Assembly (NCBI GenBank): GCA_965204735.1
Contig: OZ242008.1
Span: 2,560,001-2,624,000, forward strand
Length of the DNA: 64,000 bases
Origin: Longimicrobiales bacterium
Lineage (GTDB): Bacteria; Gemmatimonadota; Gemmatimonadetes; Longimicrobiales; Gaopeijiaceae
Direction of reading: 5' to 3'
Shown here: positions 1-9,339 of the stretch, piece after piece
Position numbering within the stretch: position 1 is the stretch's first letter
Layout: each line of letters starts with the position of its first letter
Notes under the pieces: generated by a model
What the model was told of the DNA's origin: nothing
Seen by the model: only the letters and a program-made list of their open reading frames with translations
Database searches by the model: none
Position numbers and translations under genes: made by a program

Positions 1-734
1 GGATCGCCGCAGTAAGCCTCTGGGACGCCTGCCTCGCCGAAGGTGGCGGCTCCGTTCCTGTGGGCCAGAGAGAGCGAGATCGGGCGGGGAGGCAGGGTCC
101 GCCGGGCGTCTTCGCGCACCAGCGCCGGCGCAGCCGCCATCAACACCGAGCTTTCGTACTGCCCCGCGTGGCAGGCACCGCTCTTGAACTCGTCGGTGAG
201 GCGCAGCGCCCACGGCTTGCGCGTGACGTCGGGAAAGATCACGGGCATGACGCGCTCGCTCGGCTCGCCCGCGCCGGCCGGCCCTTCGCAGTCGGCGACC
301 CCCTGCCGAAGCGACGCCAAGTGGGCCGGGTCCAGGTGCGCGTTCACCACGACCATCGCCGCCACGCCCTGCCCGGCCAACGCCGCTGCGATGTCGCTCA
401 CCAGCGCGGACACCGTCTCGGGACAGATCGAGATCGTGCCGGGGAACTCGGCCGCGAACGGCGCCGCGGCATAGGCCAACGGGGGAAGCGCCAGCGGACG
501 GAAGCCGAGGGCGTCGAGCTCGGCGAGCGCCGCGTGGACCGCCGCCTGGGCGATGATCACGTCGGTGGCCAGGGGCAGGTGCGGTCCGTGAGCCTCCACG
601 GCGCCTACGGGCAGGAGGGCGACCACGGGAGGCCGGAACGCCGAGTCGTTCTCGATCGCGGGCGACCCGCCCCGTCCCAGCCCGGCCGCCGCCAAGGCGG
701 TCCATGTCGCGTGTCCCCACTCCCGTTCGTCCAT
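1..734 (-). CDS. Creatininase/creatinine amidohydrolase family protein (3' end runs off the window)
   Basis: Not in the ORF track. Manual translation from ATG 734 gives MDEREWGHATW...LPVGAVEAHGPHLPLATD...VNAH...HAGQYESS, the creatininase metal-binding motifs. Confidence 0.85.
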   Translation of the reverse strand, partial: MDEREWGHATWTALAAAGLGRGGSPAIENDSAFRPPVVALLPVGAVEAHGPHLPLATDVIIAQAAVHAALAELDALGFRPLALPPLAYAAAPFAAEFPGTISICPETVSALVSDIAAALAGQGVAAMVVVNAHLDPAHLASLRQGVADCEGPAGAGEPSERVMPVIFPDVTRKPWALRLTDEFKSGACHAGQYESSVLMAAAPALVREDARRTLPPRPISLSLAHRNGAATFGEAGVPEAYCGD

Positions 735-939
735 TGACCAGCCTTTCATGGTCCCTAATCTGAAGAATGCCGCCGGCTCGCGCACGCGGCCCCGACCGCG
801 TCGGCGGGAGCAAGGACGACCCTGCCCCGGCCGTCGCAGGCACGCGGCCCCGGCTTGCCCAGGCAGCACCTGCACGATTCGTTGCCCCGCCCGCCGCGCT
901 GGCGCCAAGCCGGGCCACATCTCCCGAGCTCCCCGCCGA

Positions 940-2613
940 ATGACCCGACATCCGCCCCGCCGCCTCAACATCGCCGACTACTTTCTGGACGACCGGATCC
1001 GGGAAGGCATGGGCGAGCGGACCGCGATCCGCACATGGGACGGCGCCGTGGCCTACGGCGAGCTCCAGGCCCGGGCCAACCGCTTCGCCAACGTCTTCGC
1101 CGAGCGGGGCGTGGAGCCGGAGCAGCGGGTTCTCGTCGCCCTGCCCGACGTGCCCGACTTCGCGGCGGCGCTCTTCGGCGCCCTCAAGCGGGGTGCGGTG
1201 GCAGTGATGGTCAATCCGCGGCTCCCCGCCGACCGGATCCGCGACCTCTTCGACTACGTTCGGCCCAAGGCAGCGGTGGTGCACGCGGACCAGGCGGCGA
1301 CGTTCCGCGAGGCGACCAAGGGCGCGCGCCACGCCCCCGGGCTGCTGACGATGGGGGGACCCCTCGACGACGGCGGTCCAGTCGGCCGGGACGGCGGTCC
1401 AGTCGGCCGCGACGGCAACCCCGTCGGCCGGGGCGGCAGCCCTGTTGGCCGGGGCAGCGGCCCCGTCGGAAGCGAGCGCGATTCGCCCCGCCGCCGGGCC
1501 GCCAGCGGCGACCGGGCCGTCGCCGCCGCGAGCCCCGACTTCGAGAACTTCCCGTCCCATCCGAGCGATCCCGCCGTCTGGCTCTTCTCCGGCGGCACGA
1601 CCGGCCGTCCCAAGGCCGTGGTGCAGAGTCACGCTTCCTTCGTCAACTCCACCGGGCGCTACGCCAAGGAGTTCCTGGGCTACGGCCCGGACGACGTCGC
1701 GCTGGCGGCGCCCAAGCTGTACTTCGGCTACGCCACCGGGTCGAACCTCTTCTTCCCGCTGGCGACCGGGGGATCGGCAGTCCTCTTCCCGGAGCGGTGC
1801 ACGGTGGACGAGCTCTTCCGCCAGATCGCCCGGCACCGTCCCACGATCCTCGTGGCCGTGCCCACCATGGTGAACTACATGGTGTCGCACCCGGAGGCCG
1901 CCGGGCAGGACCTGAGCTGCCTGCGCCTGGCCACGTCCGCCGGCGAGCCCCTGCCTCCCGAGCTGCACCGCCGCTGGGACGAGGCCTTCGGCGTCGAGCT
2001 CCTCGACGGCCTGGGGACCGCCGAGATGTGGCACGTCTTCATCTCCAACCCGCCGGGGGGAGCGCGCCATGGCACGCTGGGACGGGCCGTCCCCGGCTTC
2101 GAGGTCAGCCTGCGCAACGAGCGGGGCGAAGAGGCCGCGCCCGGCGAGGTGGGGCGGATGCGCGTTCGGGGCGGCTCGCTGGGGAACGGCTACTGGCAGC
2201 GGCCCGAGGAGACTCGGCGGGCGTTCGTGGGACCATGGTATGTTTCGGGCGACATGATGACCCGCGACGCCGACGGCTGCTTCGCCTACCGCGGCCGGGC
2301 CGACGATCTGCTCAAGGTCAAGGGCAAGTGGCTGTCGCCGACGGAGGTCGAGGAGTGCATGCTGGAGTGCCCCGAAGTGAGCGAAGCCTCGGTCGTCGGG
2401 ACCACGACGGCCGACGGGCTGGCCGTGGCCGAAGCGTTCGTGGTCCCTGCGGCGAGCGTCGACGCGGAGCGGGCCGGAGCAGCGGTCCGGCGCCTTCTGG
2501 CCCGGCGCTTGCAGTCCTACAAGCACCCGCGAAAGATCCACTTCCTCGAAGAGATGCCCCGCACCCACCTGGGCAAGGTGGACCGGGGCGCCCTGAAACG
2601 GAGCGCGCCATGA
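940..2613 (+). CDS. Benzoate-CoA ligase family / AMP-binding acyl-CoA synthetase
   Basis: Motifs WLFSGGTTGRPKAV, SAGEPL, DGLGTAEM, GRADDLLKVKG and PRTHLGKVDR. Start placed at ATG 940 (MTRHPPRRLNIADYFLD) within ORF 748..2613. Confidence 0.85.
   Translation: MTRHPPRRLNIADYFLDDRIREGMGERTAIRTWDGAVAYGELQARANRFANVFAERGVEPEQRVLVALPDVPDFAAALFGALKRGAVAVMVNPRLPADRIRDLFDYVRPKAAVVHADQAATFREATKGARHAPGLLTMGGPLDDGGPVGRDGGPVGRDGNPVGRGGSPVGRGSGPVGSERDSPRRRAASGDRAVAAASPDFENFPSHPSDPAVWLFSGGTTGRPKAVVQSHASFVNSTGRYAKEFLGYGPDDVALAAPKLYFGYATGSNLFFPLATGGSAVLFPERCTVDELFRQIARHRPTILVAVPTMVNYMVSHPEAAGQDLSCLRLATSAGEPLPPELHRRWDEAFGVELLDGLGTAEMWHVFISNPPGGARHGTLGRAVPGFEVSLRNERGEEAAPGEVGRMRVRGGSLGNGYWQRPEETRRAFVGPWYVSGDMMTRDADGCFAYRGRADDLLKVKGKWLSPTEVEECMLECPEVSEASVVGTTTADGLAVAEAFVVPAASVDAERAGAAVRRLLARRLQSYKHPRKIHFLEEMPRTHLGKVDRGALKRSAP
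1369..1473 (+). repeat. In-frame 21-bp tandem repeat, 5 copies (DGGPVGR-like), inside the ligase
   Basis: gacggcggtccagtcggccgg repeated with decay at 1369, 1390, 1411, 1432 and 1453. Confidence 0.9.
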
Positions 2614-3200
2614 GCCCCGTCGCCCCCTGCATGCCCGTGATCGTGGGCTCCGTCCGCCGGGGCCGACTGTCGATTCGAGTCGCCCGCTTCATGCAGAGAC
2701 GGTTGCAGGAAGCCGGAATGGAAGCGCCCCTCCTCGACTTGGCCGAGATCGACCTCCCCATCATGGAGGAGCGTCTGCACATGCGCGACGACCCGCCCCC
2801 CGGACTGGTGCCGTTCGCCCGGGCCGTCGCCGAGTCCGACGGCGTGGTGGTCGTGAGCCCCGAGTACCACGGATCGATCCCCGGCGTGCTGAAGAACGCC
2901 CTCGACTACCTGCGGGGCGAGTGGGAGCGCAAGCCCGTGGGGATCGTCACCGTGTCCGGCGGCGGCTTCGGCGGCGTGCAGGTCCACAACCACCTTCAGC
3001 TTCTCTTCCTGCGGCTGAAGGCCGTGCCCGTGGCGGCGGTCGCCGTGTCCAACGTGGGCGAAAGCTTCGACGAGGACGGCAACGCCATGGAGCAGCGGTA
3101 CGAAGCCGCCTTCGTCCGGTTCCTGGACACCCTCTCGTGGTACGCCCGAGCCCTCTCCGCAGCCGAGGCGGCCGACGCGGAGGCGTCGCAGAGCAAGTAG
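2610..3200 (+). CDS. NADPH-dependent FMN reductase (flavodoxin-like fold)
   Basis: IVGSVRRGRLS, SPEYHGSIPGVLKNALD, SGGGFGG. ATGA overlap with the ligase stop. Confidence 0.9.
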   Translation: MSPVAPCMPVIVGSVRRGRLSIRVARFMQRRLQEAGMEAPLLDLAEIDLPIMEERLHMRDDPPPGLVPFARAVAESDGVVVVSPEYHGSIPGVLKNALDYLRGEWERKPVGIVTVSGGGFGGVQVHNHLQLLFLRLKAVPVAAVAVSNVGESFDEDGNAMEQRYEAAFVRFLDTLSWYARALSAAEAADAEASQSK

Positions 3201-3233
3201 CAGGACCGCAAGTCCATCCCCAGGAGGCCAAGA

Positions 3234-5231
3234 ATGGCGGCGCCCGCCGAACCCCCGGTCCGCAAGGGCCTTCCCCCCGAAGCCTACGAGGTCGTCGACG
3301 GCGACCAGTACCGCCCCTACGTGCCCCCGGAGAAGTCGCTGGCCGAACTCACCGCGAGGGCGGTGGCGGTCGGGCTCGTGGTGTCGGTCGTCTTCGGCGC
3401 GGCCAACGCCTACTTGGGCCTCAAGGTCGGCCTGACGGTGAGCGCGTCGATCCCGGCGGCGGTGATCGCGGTGGCCGTCTTCCGGGCGCTTCGCCGGGGC
3501 TCGATCCTGGAGACCAACATGGTCCAGACGATCGGGTCGGCGGGCGAATCGGTGGCGGCCGGCGTGATCTTCACCCTGCCCGCGCTCTTCATCTGGCAGC
3601 GCAGCGATCCCGCGATCGTGGTGGACCTGCTGCAGGTGTCGGTGATCGCCGGCTTCGGGGGCGTCCTGGGAGTCCTCTTCATGATCCCGCTGCGGCGCTA
3701 CCTGATCGCCCGCGAGCACGGGAAGCTGCCCTACCCGGAAGGCACCGCGTGCGCCGAAGTCCAGGTCGCCGGCGAGGTGGGCGGCGGCAAGGCCCGACTG
3801 CTCTTTTCGGGACTGGGGGTCGGGGCGCTCTACCAAGCGCTGGCCAACAGCCGCGGGCTTGCGCTCTGGAACGAGGAACCCGCCCTTCCCCTTCCCCGGA
3901 AGGCGGAGATCGGCGGAAGCTTCACGCCCGAGCTGCTGGGCGTCGGCTTCATCATCGGCCCCCGGATCGCCGCGATCATGTTCGGCGGAAGCGCGCTGGC
4001 GTGGCTGGTCCTGATCCCGCTGATCGACCTCTGGGGCGGCGACGCGGTAGTGTACCCGGCCGGGGTTCCCATGTCGGCTCTGGGGTCCGGCGAGATCTGG
4101 AACAACTACATCCGCTACGTGGGCGCGGGCGCCGTGGGCTTCGCTGGGATCGTGACGCTGCTCAAGTCCCTGCCGACGATCGTCGAGTCCTTCAAGCTGG
4201 GGCTGGCCCACGCGGGCGGCGGCGCGGACGCCGGGCTGCCCCGGACCCAGCAGGACCTGCCCATGCGGCTGGTGCTGGGGCTGGCGGCGCTGATGGCGGT
4301 GGCCCTCTGGCTGTGGCCCGGAGTGCCCGTGGGACCGTTGGGGGCGCTGCTGATCGTCGTCTTCAGCTTCTTCTTCGTGACCGTCTCGAGCAGGATCGTC
4401 GGCTTGATCGGCTCGTCGTCGAACCCGGTGTCGGGGATGACGATCGCGGCCCTCATCCTGACGTCGCTGATCTGGGTCGCCCTGGGGCTGAACGACGGGG
4501 GCGCCGGGGCCAAGGTGGCGGTGCTGGCCGTGGGCGCCGTGGTGTGCATCTCGGCGGCCGTGGCGGGCGACACTTCCCAGGACCTGAAGACGGGCTTCTT
4601 GGTGGGCGCGACGCCGAAGAGGATGCAGGTCGGCGAGATGATGGGCGTCCTGGCCAGCGCGGCGGTCATGGGGGGCGTGCTCGTGGTGCTGAACGAGTCC
4701 TACGGGCTCGGCACGGTGGACGGGCTGCCCGCGCCCCAGGCCACGCTGATGAGCTTGGTGATCGACGGCGTGCTGGACGCCTCCCTGCCTTGGGGGTTCG
4801 TGCTGCTGGGGATCGGGATCGCGGCGGTCGCCGAGTTCGTGTTCAAGTTGCCTTCGCTGGCGTTCGCCGTCGGCGTGTACCTGCCCGTGTCGCTGATGAC
4901 GCCGATCTTCGTCGGCGGGCTGATGCGGATGGGGCTGGCGCGGAAGTACAAGGGCGACGAGGCCGAGGGGACCGAGAAGCGCGAGCGGGGCGTCCTCTTC
5001 GCTTCGGGGCTGATCGCGGGCGCCGCGCTGGTGGGCGTGCTGATCGGAGGCGCGATCTACGCGGTCACCCAGATCACCGGCAACCCGGACCCGGCGTCGT
5101 CGTGGACGGTGGGCCACGGGTGGATGGACGAGGCGTGGGCGCCTCTCTCTTCGATCGCGGGCGCCGTCGCGTTCGTCGGGCTCTGCCTGCTCCTGTGGCG
5201 GGCGGCGGTCCGAGACCGGCGGGCGAAGTGA
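3234..5231 (+). CDS. OPT family oligopeptide transporter
   Basis: ELTARA, AYLGLKVGLTVSASIPAAV, LPYPEGTACAEV, SSNPVSGMTI, QDLKTGFLVGATP; many TM segments; AGGAGG RBS upstream. Confidence 0.92.
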   Translation: MAAPAEPPVRKGLPPEAYEVVDGDQYRPYVPPEKSLAELTARAVAVGLVVSVVFGAANAYLGLKVGLTVSASIPAAVIAVAVFRALRRGSILETNMVQTIGSAGESVAAGVIFTLPALFIWQRSDPAIVVDLLQVSVIAGFGGVLGVLFMIPLRRYLIAREHGKLPYPEGTACAEVQVAGEVGGGKARLLFSGLGVGALYQALANSRGLALWNEEPALPLPRKAEIGGSFTPELLGVGFIIGPRIAAIMFGGSALAWLVLIPLIDLWGGDAVVYPAGVPMSALGSGEIWNNYIRYVGAGAVGFAGIVTLLKSLPTIVESFKLGLAHAGGGADAGLPRTQQDLPMRLVLGLAALMAVALWLWPGVPVGPLGALLIVVFSFFFVTVSSRIVGLIGSSSNPVSGMTIAALILTSLIWVALGLNDGGAGAKVAVLAVGAVVCISAAVAGDTSQDLKTGFLVGATPKRMQVGEMMGVLASAAVMGGVLVVLNESYGLGTVDGLPAPQATLMSLVIDGVLDASLPWGFVLLGIGIAAVAEFVFKLPSLAFAVGVYLPVSLMTPIFVGGLMRMGLARKYKGDEAEGTEKRERGVLFASGLIAGAALVGVLIGGAIYAVTQITGNPDPASSWTVGHGWMDEAWAPLSSIAGAVAFVGLCLLLWRAAVRDRRAK

Positions 5232-5554
5232 GGCGGGCGCGGGTCGCAGTCGGCCTCGCCCTGGCCCTGGCCGCGGCCGGCGCCTGCCAAGACCTTTCCC
5301 CGGACGCGGGCCTGACCCGGGAGGCGTTCGTCGAGACCTACGTGGCGTTGCGGGCCGCCGGGCTCCAGTCGGCGTCGGGAGTGATCTCGCCCGCGGACAG
5401 GGAGCGGATCCTGGCCGAGAGAGGCGTCGATCCGGAGGAGCTTCTCGAGTTCGCCGCGACCCACGGCGGCAACGTCGCGTTCATGAAGGAGGTGTGGGAC
5501 GAGATCGAGTCGCGCTTGGAGGAGATCCGCGCGCAGCCGGACTCGAGCCGGTAG
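5228..5554 (+). CDS. Hypothetical lipoprotein
   Basis: GTGA overlap with the OPT stop; (M)RRARVAVGLALALAAAGAC looks like a lipobox signal followed by a helical domain. Confidence 0.7.
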   Translation: MRRARVAVGLALALAAAGACQDLSPDAGLTREAFVETYVALRAAGLQSASGVISPADRERILAERGVDPEELLEFAATHGGNVAFMKEVWDEIESRLEEIRAQPDSSR

Positions 5555-5637
5555 CGACGCGCGCGGGCGGCCCTTGGCGGCACGCACGAGCAGCAGAACC
5601 CCACGTCAGGGTAGCGACGCACGCGGGCGGCCCTTGG
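5550..5637. repeat. Two 28-bp direct repeats, 60-bp period
   Basis: ggtagcgacgc(g/a)cgcgggcggcccttgg at 5550-5577 and 5610-5637. Confidence 0.85.
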
Positions 5638-7997
5638 GCTGGCTGGCTTGGTCTCCACGGCGGAGAGGGTCCAGCCGTCGGAGTCGCAAGGCCTTGGGCA
5701 GGGCCGGCTTCGCACGGGCGTCGTGGGGCGCGTCGCGCCCGTGGGTGGCCCTCGCGGGGCTGGCGATCGCCGTACCGGCTCTCGGCCAGCGGCCTCCTCC
5801 CGTCGCGGGCGAAGGCGACGCTTGCCTCGACGCTTATCCGGACCAGGTCGCCCACGGGTTGGTCGAGGGCGCAAAGGGGCGGCTCGGCTCGGCGCCCGGC
5901 TCCTGGACGGCCCGCCTGCACGGGCAGCGAAGGGCGGAGCTCGTAGCGGGCCGTCGCAGCCACGTCTTGCAGGACGTTCGCTGGGCCGCCCGGGTGCGGT
6001 GGTCCAGCAGGGCGTCGTCGGTCGTCCGGCTCGAGGGCCGGTGGGTCCGCCACCCCGCGCTGTCCGACGCCGACTCGGTCCTCGCCCGGCAAGTGGCAGA
6101 GCGTCCGCACGGGAATCCGTTCCGCTTCGGACTCCGGCAACTCGAGGCGCTGATGGCGCTGGATTCCGTCGAAACGGCCTCGGTGGTCACGCCGCTGGAC
6201 ACGGGGGCCGAGTGCTTCTACCGCTACCGCTCGGGCGACACGGCCTCGGTGACGCTTCCGGCGGGAGAGATCGTGCGGACGGTGGCCGTGACCGCCATGC
6301 CCCGCTTCCGCAGCATCCGCTTCCTGGCGTCCACGATGTGGATCGAGCCGGAGAGCCACGGAGTGGCCCGGGTTGCGTTCGCTCCGGCCAAGCAGATCGA
6401 CCGCGAAACGACCTTCCGCCTGTGGAGCGCGGACGGATGGACCCCGGGGATCGACGTCGACTTTCGGGAAGGGCCGGCAGACGTGGACTCGGTGGGCGGA
6501 ACGCGCCGGCCCAGTGGAAGCAGGACGGGAGCCCGCGGCCTGGGCCGGCTGCTGAACGCCGGACTGAACCGGGCCCTGCCCCTGATCGAGTACCCGATCT
6601 CGTCGGTCGTCGTGGACTACTCGCTCTGGCAGTCTCGGTGGTGGCTGCCTCGGTCCCTGACGTTGACGATGCATCAAGCCCTGGTCGAGGATCAGAGTTT
6701 TCTTCTGGACTGGGATCAAGCGCCGCCGGAGATGCACGTCCGCTTCTCCACCCAGACGGCGTTCGAGATCGAGGAGGTGAAGGAGGCGGACGCGATTCCG
6801 TCGACGCAGCTGGTCGCGCGATGGAAGGCGCCTACGGACAGCGTGCTCGCAGCGTCCGGAGACGAAGGGGCCGTCCTCGTCGTGCCCAGCGAGCTGGACG
6901 TCGCTTCGCCAGACGAGCTCTTCCTGCCCGTCTCGTGGAACCCCGCCCCCCACGCGCCCGGCGGGGCACTGGACCAACTGGCGTCCGAGCTGGCGCGGAT
7001 CGAGGTCGGCGGGGGCGACGGGGGCGACGACGCCGAAGCGAAGGCCGCGAACGAGCCGAGTCCATGGTTCTTCGAGCCCCCGCTGCTGACCCTTCGGCTG
7101 CTGTCCTACACTTCCGCGCGGGGAGTGGTGGTCGGGACGCGCCTCTGGCGACGCGCTTCGTGGGGACGTGCTTCTCTCTCGGCCAGCGCGGGCACTCGCC
7201 GAGCCGAGCCGAGCGTCTTCCTGTCCTTCGACGCCCGCTTCCCGACTTGGCGGCTTCAAGCGTCCGCGTACCACGACTACCGGTTGACGAGCGTTGCGGC
7301 GAGCGACGCCTCGACGGCCCCCGCCGCCGATCCGATCTGGTACGCCGCCGACGGGGTGCGCGTCCGGCTGTCGCCGGCCCGGCGCAACCGCCAGTCCACT
7401 TCGCTGAGCCTCTTCGCCGAACGCCACGACGAGTACGGTCCTGCCGCCGTGCGGGCAGGAGCCACGGCGGCGTGGAAGCCGTGGTGGGGCGGCTCGGGAG
7501 GCACTCGCTCCCGGCTCGTCCAGGGCGGCGCGGAGCTCTCCGCTCGGGGAACGCTCGAAGAGGACCCGTCGCTTCGGGCCGCCGCGACCGCCACCGCGCT
7601 CCTCTTTGCGAGCCGGCGCGCTTCCCTGGGCTTGGAAGCCGGCGCCGCCCGCACCTGGGGCGGCCCGCGCCGCACCGACCCATGGCTCTTGGGCGCCGCC
7701 GACGGGCGATGGTTCCGCGGACGGACGGCGCAGGGCTTCGCCGGACGGACGGCGGTGCGCGGTCGCGCCGACCTCCAGCTCCGGGTTCGCTTTGCGCGGC
7801 TGTCGGTCTTTGTCGACTGGCTCCGCGCCTGGCGCGAACAGCCCCCTGGCGACGGGACGTCCTTCCTCTCGGCGGGCGCGGGCGTCTTCCTGCCCGGCGG
7901 CCTTCGGATCGACCTGGCTCGGGAGTTCCCCGCGGCCGGCGATGCACCGGTGGACGCCAAGTGGCGCCCCTACGTCAGCATCGACACGGCGTTCTGA
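5574..7997 (+). CDS. Hypothetical exported / probable outer-membrane beta-barrel protein (start uncertain)
   Basis: 807-aa ORF; hydrophobic signal-like stretch WVALAGLAIAVPALG; amphipathic beta-strand C-terminal half ending in Phe (SIDTAF). Confidence 0.65.
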   Translation: MAARTSSRTPRQGSDARGRPLGWLAWSPRRRGSSRRSRKALGRAGFARASWGASRPWVALAGLAIAVPALGQRPPPVAGEGDACLDAYPDQVAHGLVEGAKGRLGSAPGSWTARLHGQRRAELVAGRRSHVLQDVRWAARVRWSSRASSVVRLEGRWVRHPALSDADSVLARQVAERPHGNPFRFGLRQLEALMALDSVETASVVTPLDTGAECFYRYRSGDTASVTLPAGEIVRTVAVTAMPRFRSIRFLASTMWIEPESHGVARVAFAPAKQIDRETTFRLWSADGWTPGIDVDFREGPADVDSVGGTRRPSGSRTGARGLGRLLNAGLNRALPLIEYPISSVVVDYSLWQSRWWLPRSLTLTMHQALVEDQSFLLDWDQAPPEMHVRFSTQTAFEIEEVKEADAIPSTQLVARWKAPTDSVLAASGDEGAVLVVPSELDVASPDELFLPVSWNPAPHAPGGALDQLASELARIEVGGGDGGDDAEAKAANEPSPWFFEPPLLTLRLLSYTSARGVVVGTRLWRRASWGRASLSASAGTRRAEPSVFLSFDARFPTWRLQASAYHDYRLTSVAASDASTAPAADPIWYAADGVRVRLSPARRNRQSTSLSLFAERHDEYGPAAVRAGATAAWKPWWGGSGGTRSRLVQGGAELSARGTLEEDPSLRAAATATALLFASRRASLGLEAGAARTWGGPRRTDPWLLGAADGRWFRGRTAQGFAGRTAVRGRADLQLRVRFARLSVFVDWLRAWREQPPGDGTSFLSAGAGVFLPGGLRIDLAREFPAAGDAPVDAKWRPYVSIDTAF

Positions 7998-8289
7998 CGC
8001 GGGAAGCGCAAGCTCATCGGCTTCGGGTACTCCCGGTCCAGGCGCGCCGGCGAGCTTCGGCACGCCTTGCTCACGGGACGCGCGGGGGTTCTCCGGGCCA
8101 GCCCGGAGGAGACGATGGGCCAGCCCGGAGGAGACGAAAAAAAATCTGTCCCATCCAGCCATGGAAATGGCGCATCCTCGGTGAGACACTGAGGACCAGG
8201 GCCGGAGACCGTCCCGGCCAGCTTCGGGGGAACTCCGTCCGCGACGCCTCCGAAGCGCCTCTCGTCTCGGACGCAACGGAGCCGCCGCC

Positions 8290-9339
8290 ATGGACCCCTC
8301 CACCAACGAACCGCCCACTCTCACCAAGCCGGAACGCCGCCGCCACGACCAGAGCTACAAGCGCCTCTTCAACACGACGGGCGGCGGCGTGGCCCTCGTC
8401 CGCGATCTCGCGGCCATGGGCTGGGCCGACGAGTTCGACCTGCCGGCCGCCGACCCCTTCCCCACCGAGACCGTGGGCCCCGACCTGCAGCACCGGCTCT
8501 GCGACTGCGCGTGGCGCGTCCGGTTCAAGGACGGTCGATCGGCGGTCCTCCTCTTCGAGTTCCAGTCCTCGGTCGATCCGGGCATGGTCCTCAGGACGCT
8601 ACGCTACACCGAGGCCGCCTACACGGTGCTGCACACGCTCGAGCGCCAGCGCGACCCCGACGGCGCCATGCCCCTCGTGCTCTCGTTCGTCGTCTACACC
8701 GGCACGAGGCCATGGACGGCCGAGACGACGCTGGCCGGGCTGGCCGGCAGGGAGGAGCCGTCGCCGGTCGTGGCACGGGCGGTCGCTGGCTTGGCGACCA
8801 CTCACGGCTACGGGCTGCTTGACTTGCGGTCGGCGCTGGCGCAAGGGTTGCTTCCCAAGGAGAGCGTGCTGGGCTGGGTCGCGGCGCTGGAGGAGGACCC
8901 GTGGACGAACTTTCCGGCGGTGCACCAGAGCATGGCGGAGCAGTGGGCCGGCCCGGACTATCTTGCAGAGCGGCAGGCGTTCGCGGACTGGACGGACGAG
9001 CGGCTGCGTGTGGTGGGGGTGCCGGAGGAGGCACGTCAGGACATCGTGGAGCAGATCATCCAACCGAAGGAGGAGGAAGAGATGGGCCAGACCTATGCGG
9101 AGTGGGCGGAGGGCCACCGGCAGCGGGGACTCGAGCAGGGGCGCGCGGAAGGTCGAGCGATCATGCTGCTGCGTCTGGCTTCGCGGCGGTTCGGGGCCCG
9201 GACGGCGCGACGGCTGGAGGAGCGGGTGCGCTCCATGAGCGCCGAGCAGCTGGCGCGGGTCGGGGACGCGGTCGTGGAGTGCGACACTGCCGAGGACTTC
9301 TTGGCCGTGGCCGGCGACGGCAACGCGGAGGGGCGGTAG
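8290..9339 (+). CDS. Rpn/YhgA-like recombination-promoting nuclease (PD-(D/E)xK) with DUF4351-like C-terminus, copy 1
   Basis: HDQSYKRLF, RLCDCAWRV...LLFEFQSSVDPGMVLRTLRY, VVYTGTRPW, and tail GLEQGRAEG...LLRLASRRFG. Confidence 0.85.
   Translation: MDPSTNEPPTLTKPERRRHDQSYKRLFNTTGGGVALVRDLAAMGWADEFDLPAADPFPTETVGPDLQHRLCDCAWRVRFKDGRSAVLLFEFQSSVDPGMVLRTLRYTEAAYTVLHTLERQRDPDGAMPLVLSFVVYTGTRPWTAETTLAGLAGREEPSPVVARAVAGLATTHGYGLLDLRSALAQGLLPKESVLGWVAALEEDPWTNFPAVHQSMAEQWAGPDYLAERQAFADWTDERLRVVGVPEEARQDIVEQIIQPKEEEEMGQTYAEWAEGHRQRGLEQGRAEGRAIMLLRLASRRFGARTARRLEERVRSMSAEQLARVGDAVVECDTAEDFLAVAGDGNAEGR
9082..9339 (+). CDS. Putative internally initiated small C-terminal protein (Rpn-S-like antitoxin), 85 aa
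   Basis: AAGGAGGAGGAAGAG directly precedes in-frame ATG 9082 (MGQTYAEW); an equivalent RBS is present in copy 2. Confidence 0.55.
   Translation: MGQTYAEWAEGHRQRGLEQGRAEGRAIMLLRLASRRFGARTARRLEERVRSMSAEQLARVGDAVVECDTAEDFLAVAGDGNAEGR

Noticed and set aside
43..737. Plus-strand ORFs 43..474 and 60..737
   Set aside because: Antisense to the creatininase-family gene, with no recognisable motifs.
5550..5637. 28-bp repeat / 32-bp spacer / 28-bp repeat resembling a mini CRISPR array
   Set aside because: Only two repeats (a faint third at about 5690), overlapping a stop codon and the next ORF, with no cas genes or AT-rich leader. It fits the local duplication pattern better.
855..9238. Long alternative-frame ORFs (e.g. 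the 5' parts of 855..3200 and 2921..5554; 5648..9238; 5481..8327 on -)
   Set aside because: Arg/Pro/Gly-rich shadow frames typical of high-GC DNA. Only the C-terminal parts listed as features have protein-like composition.
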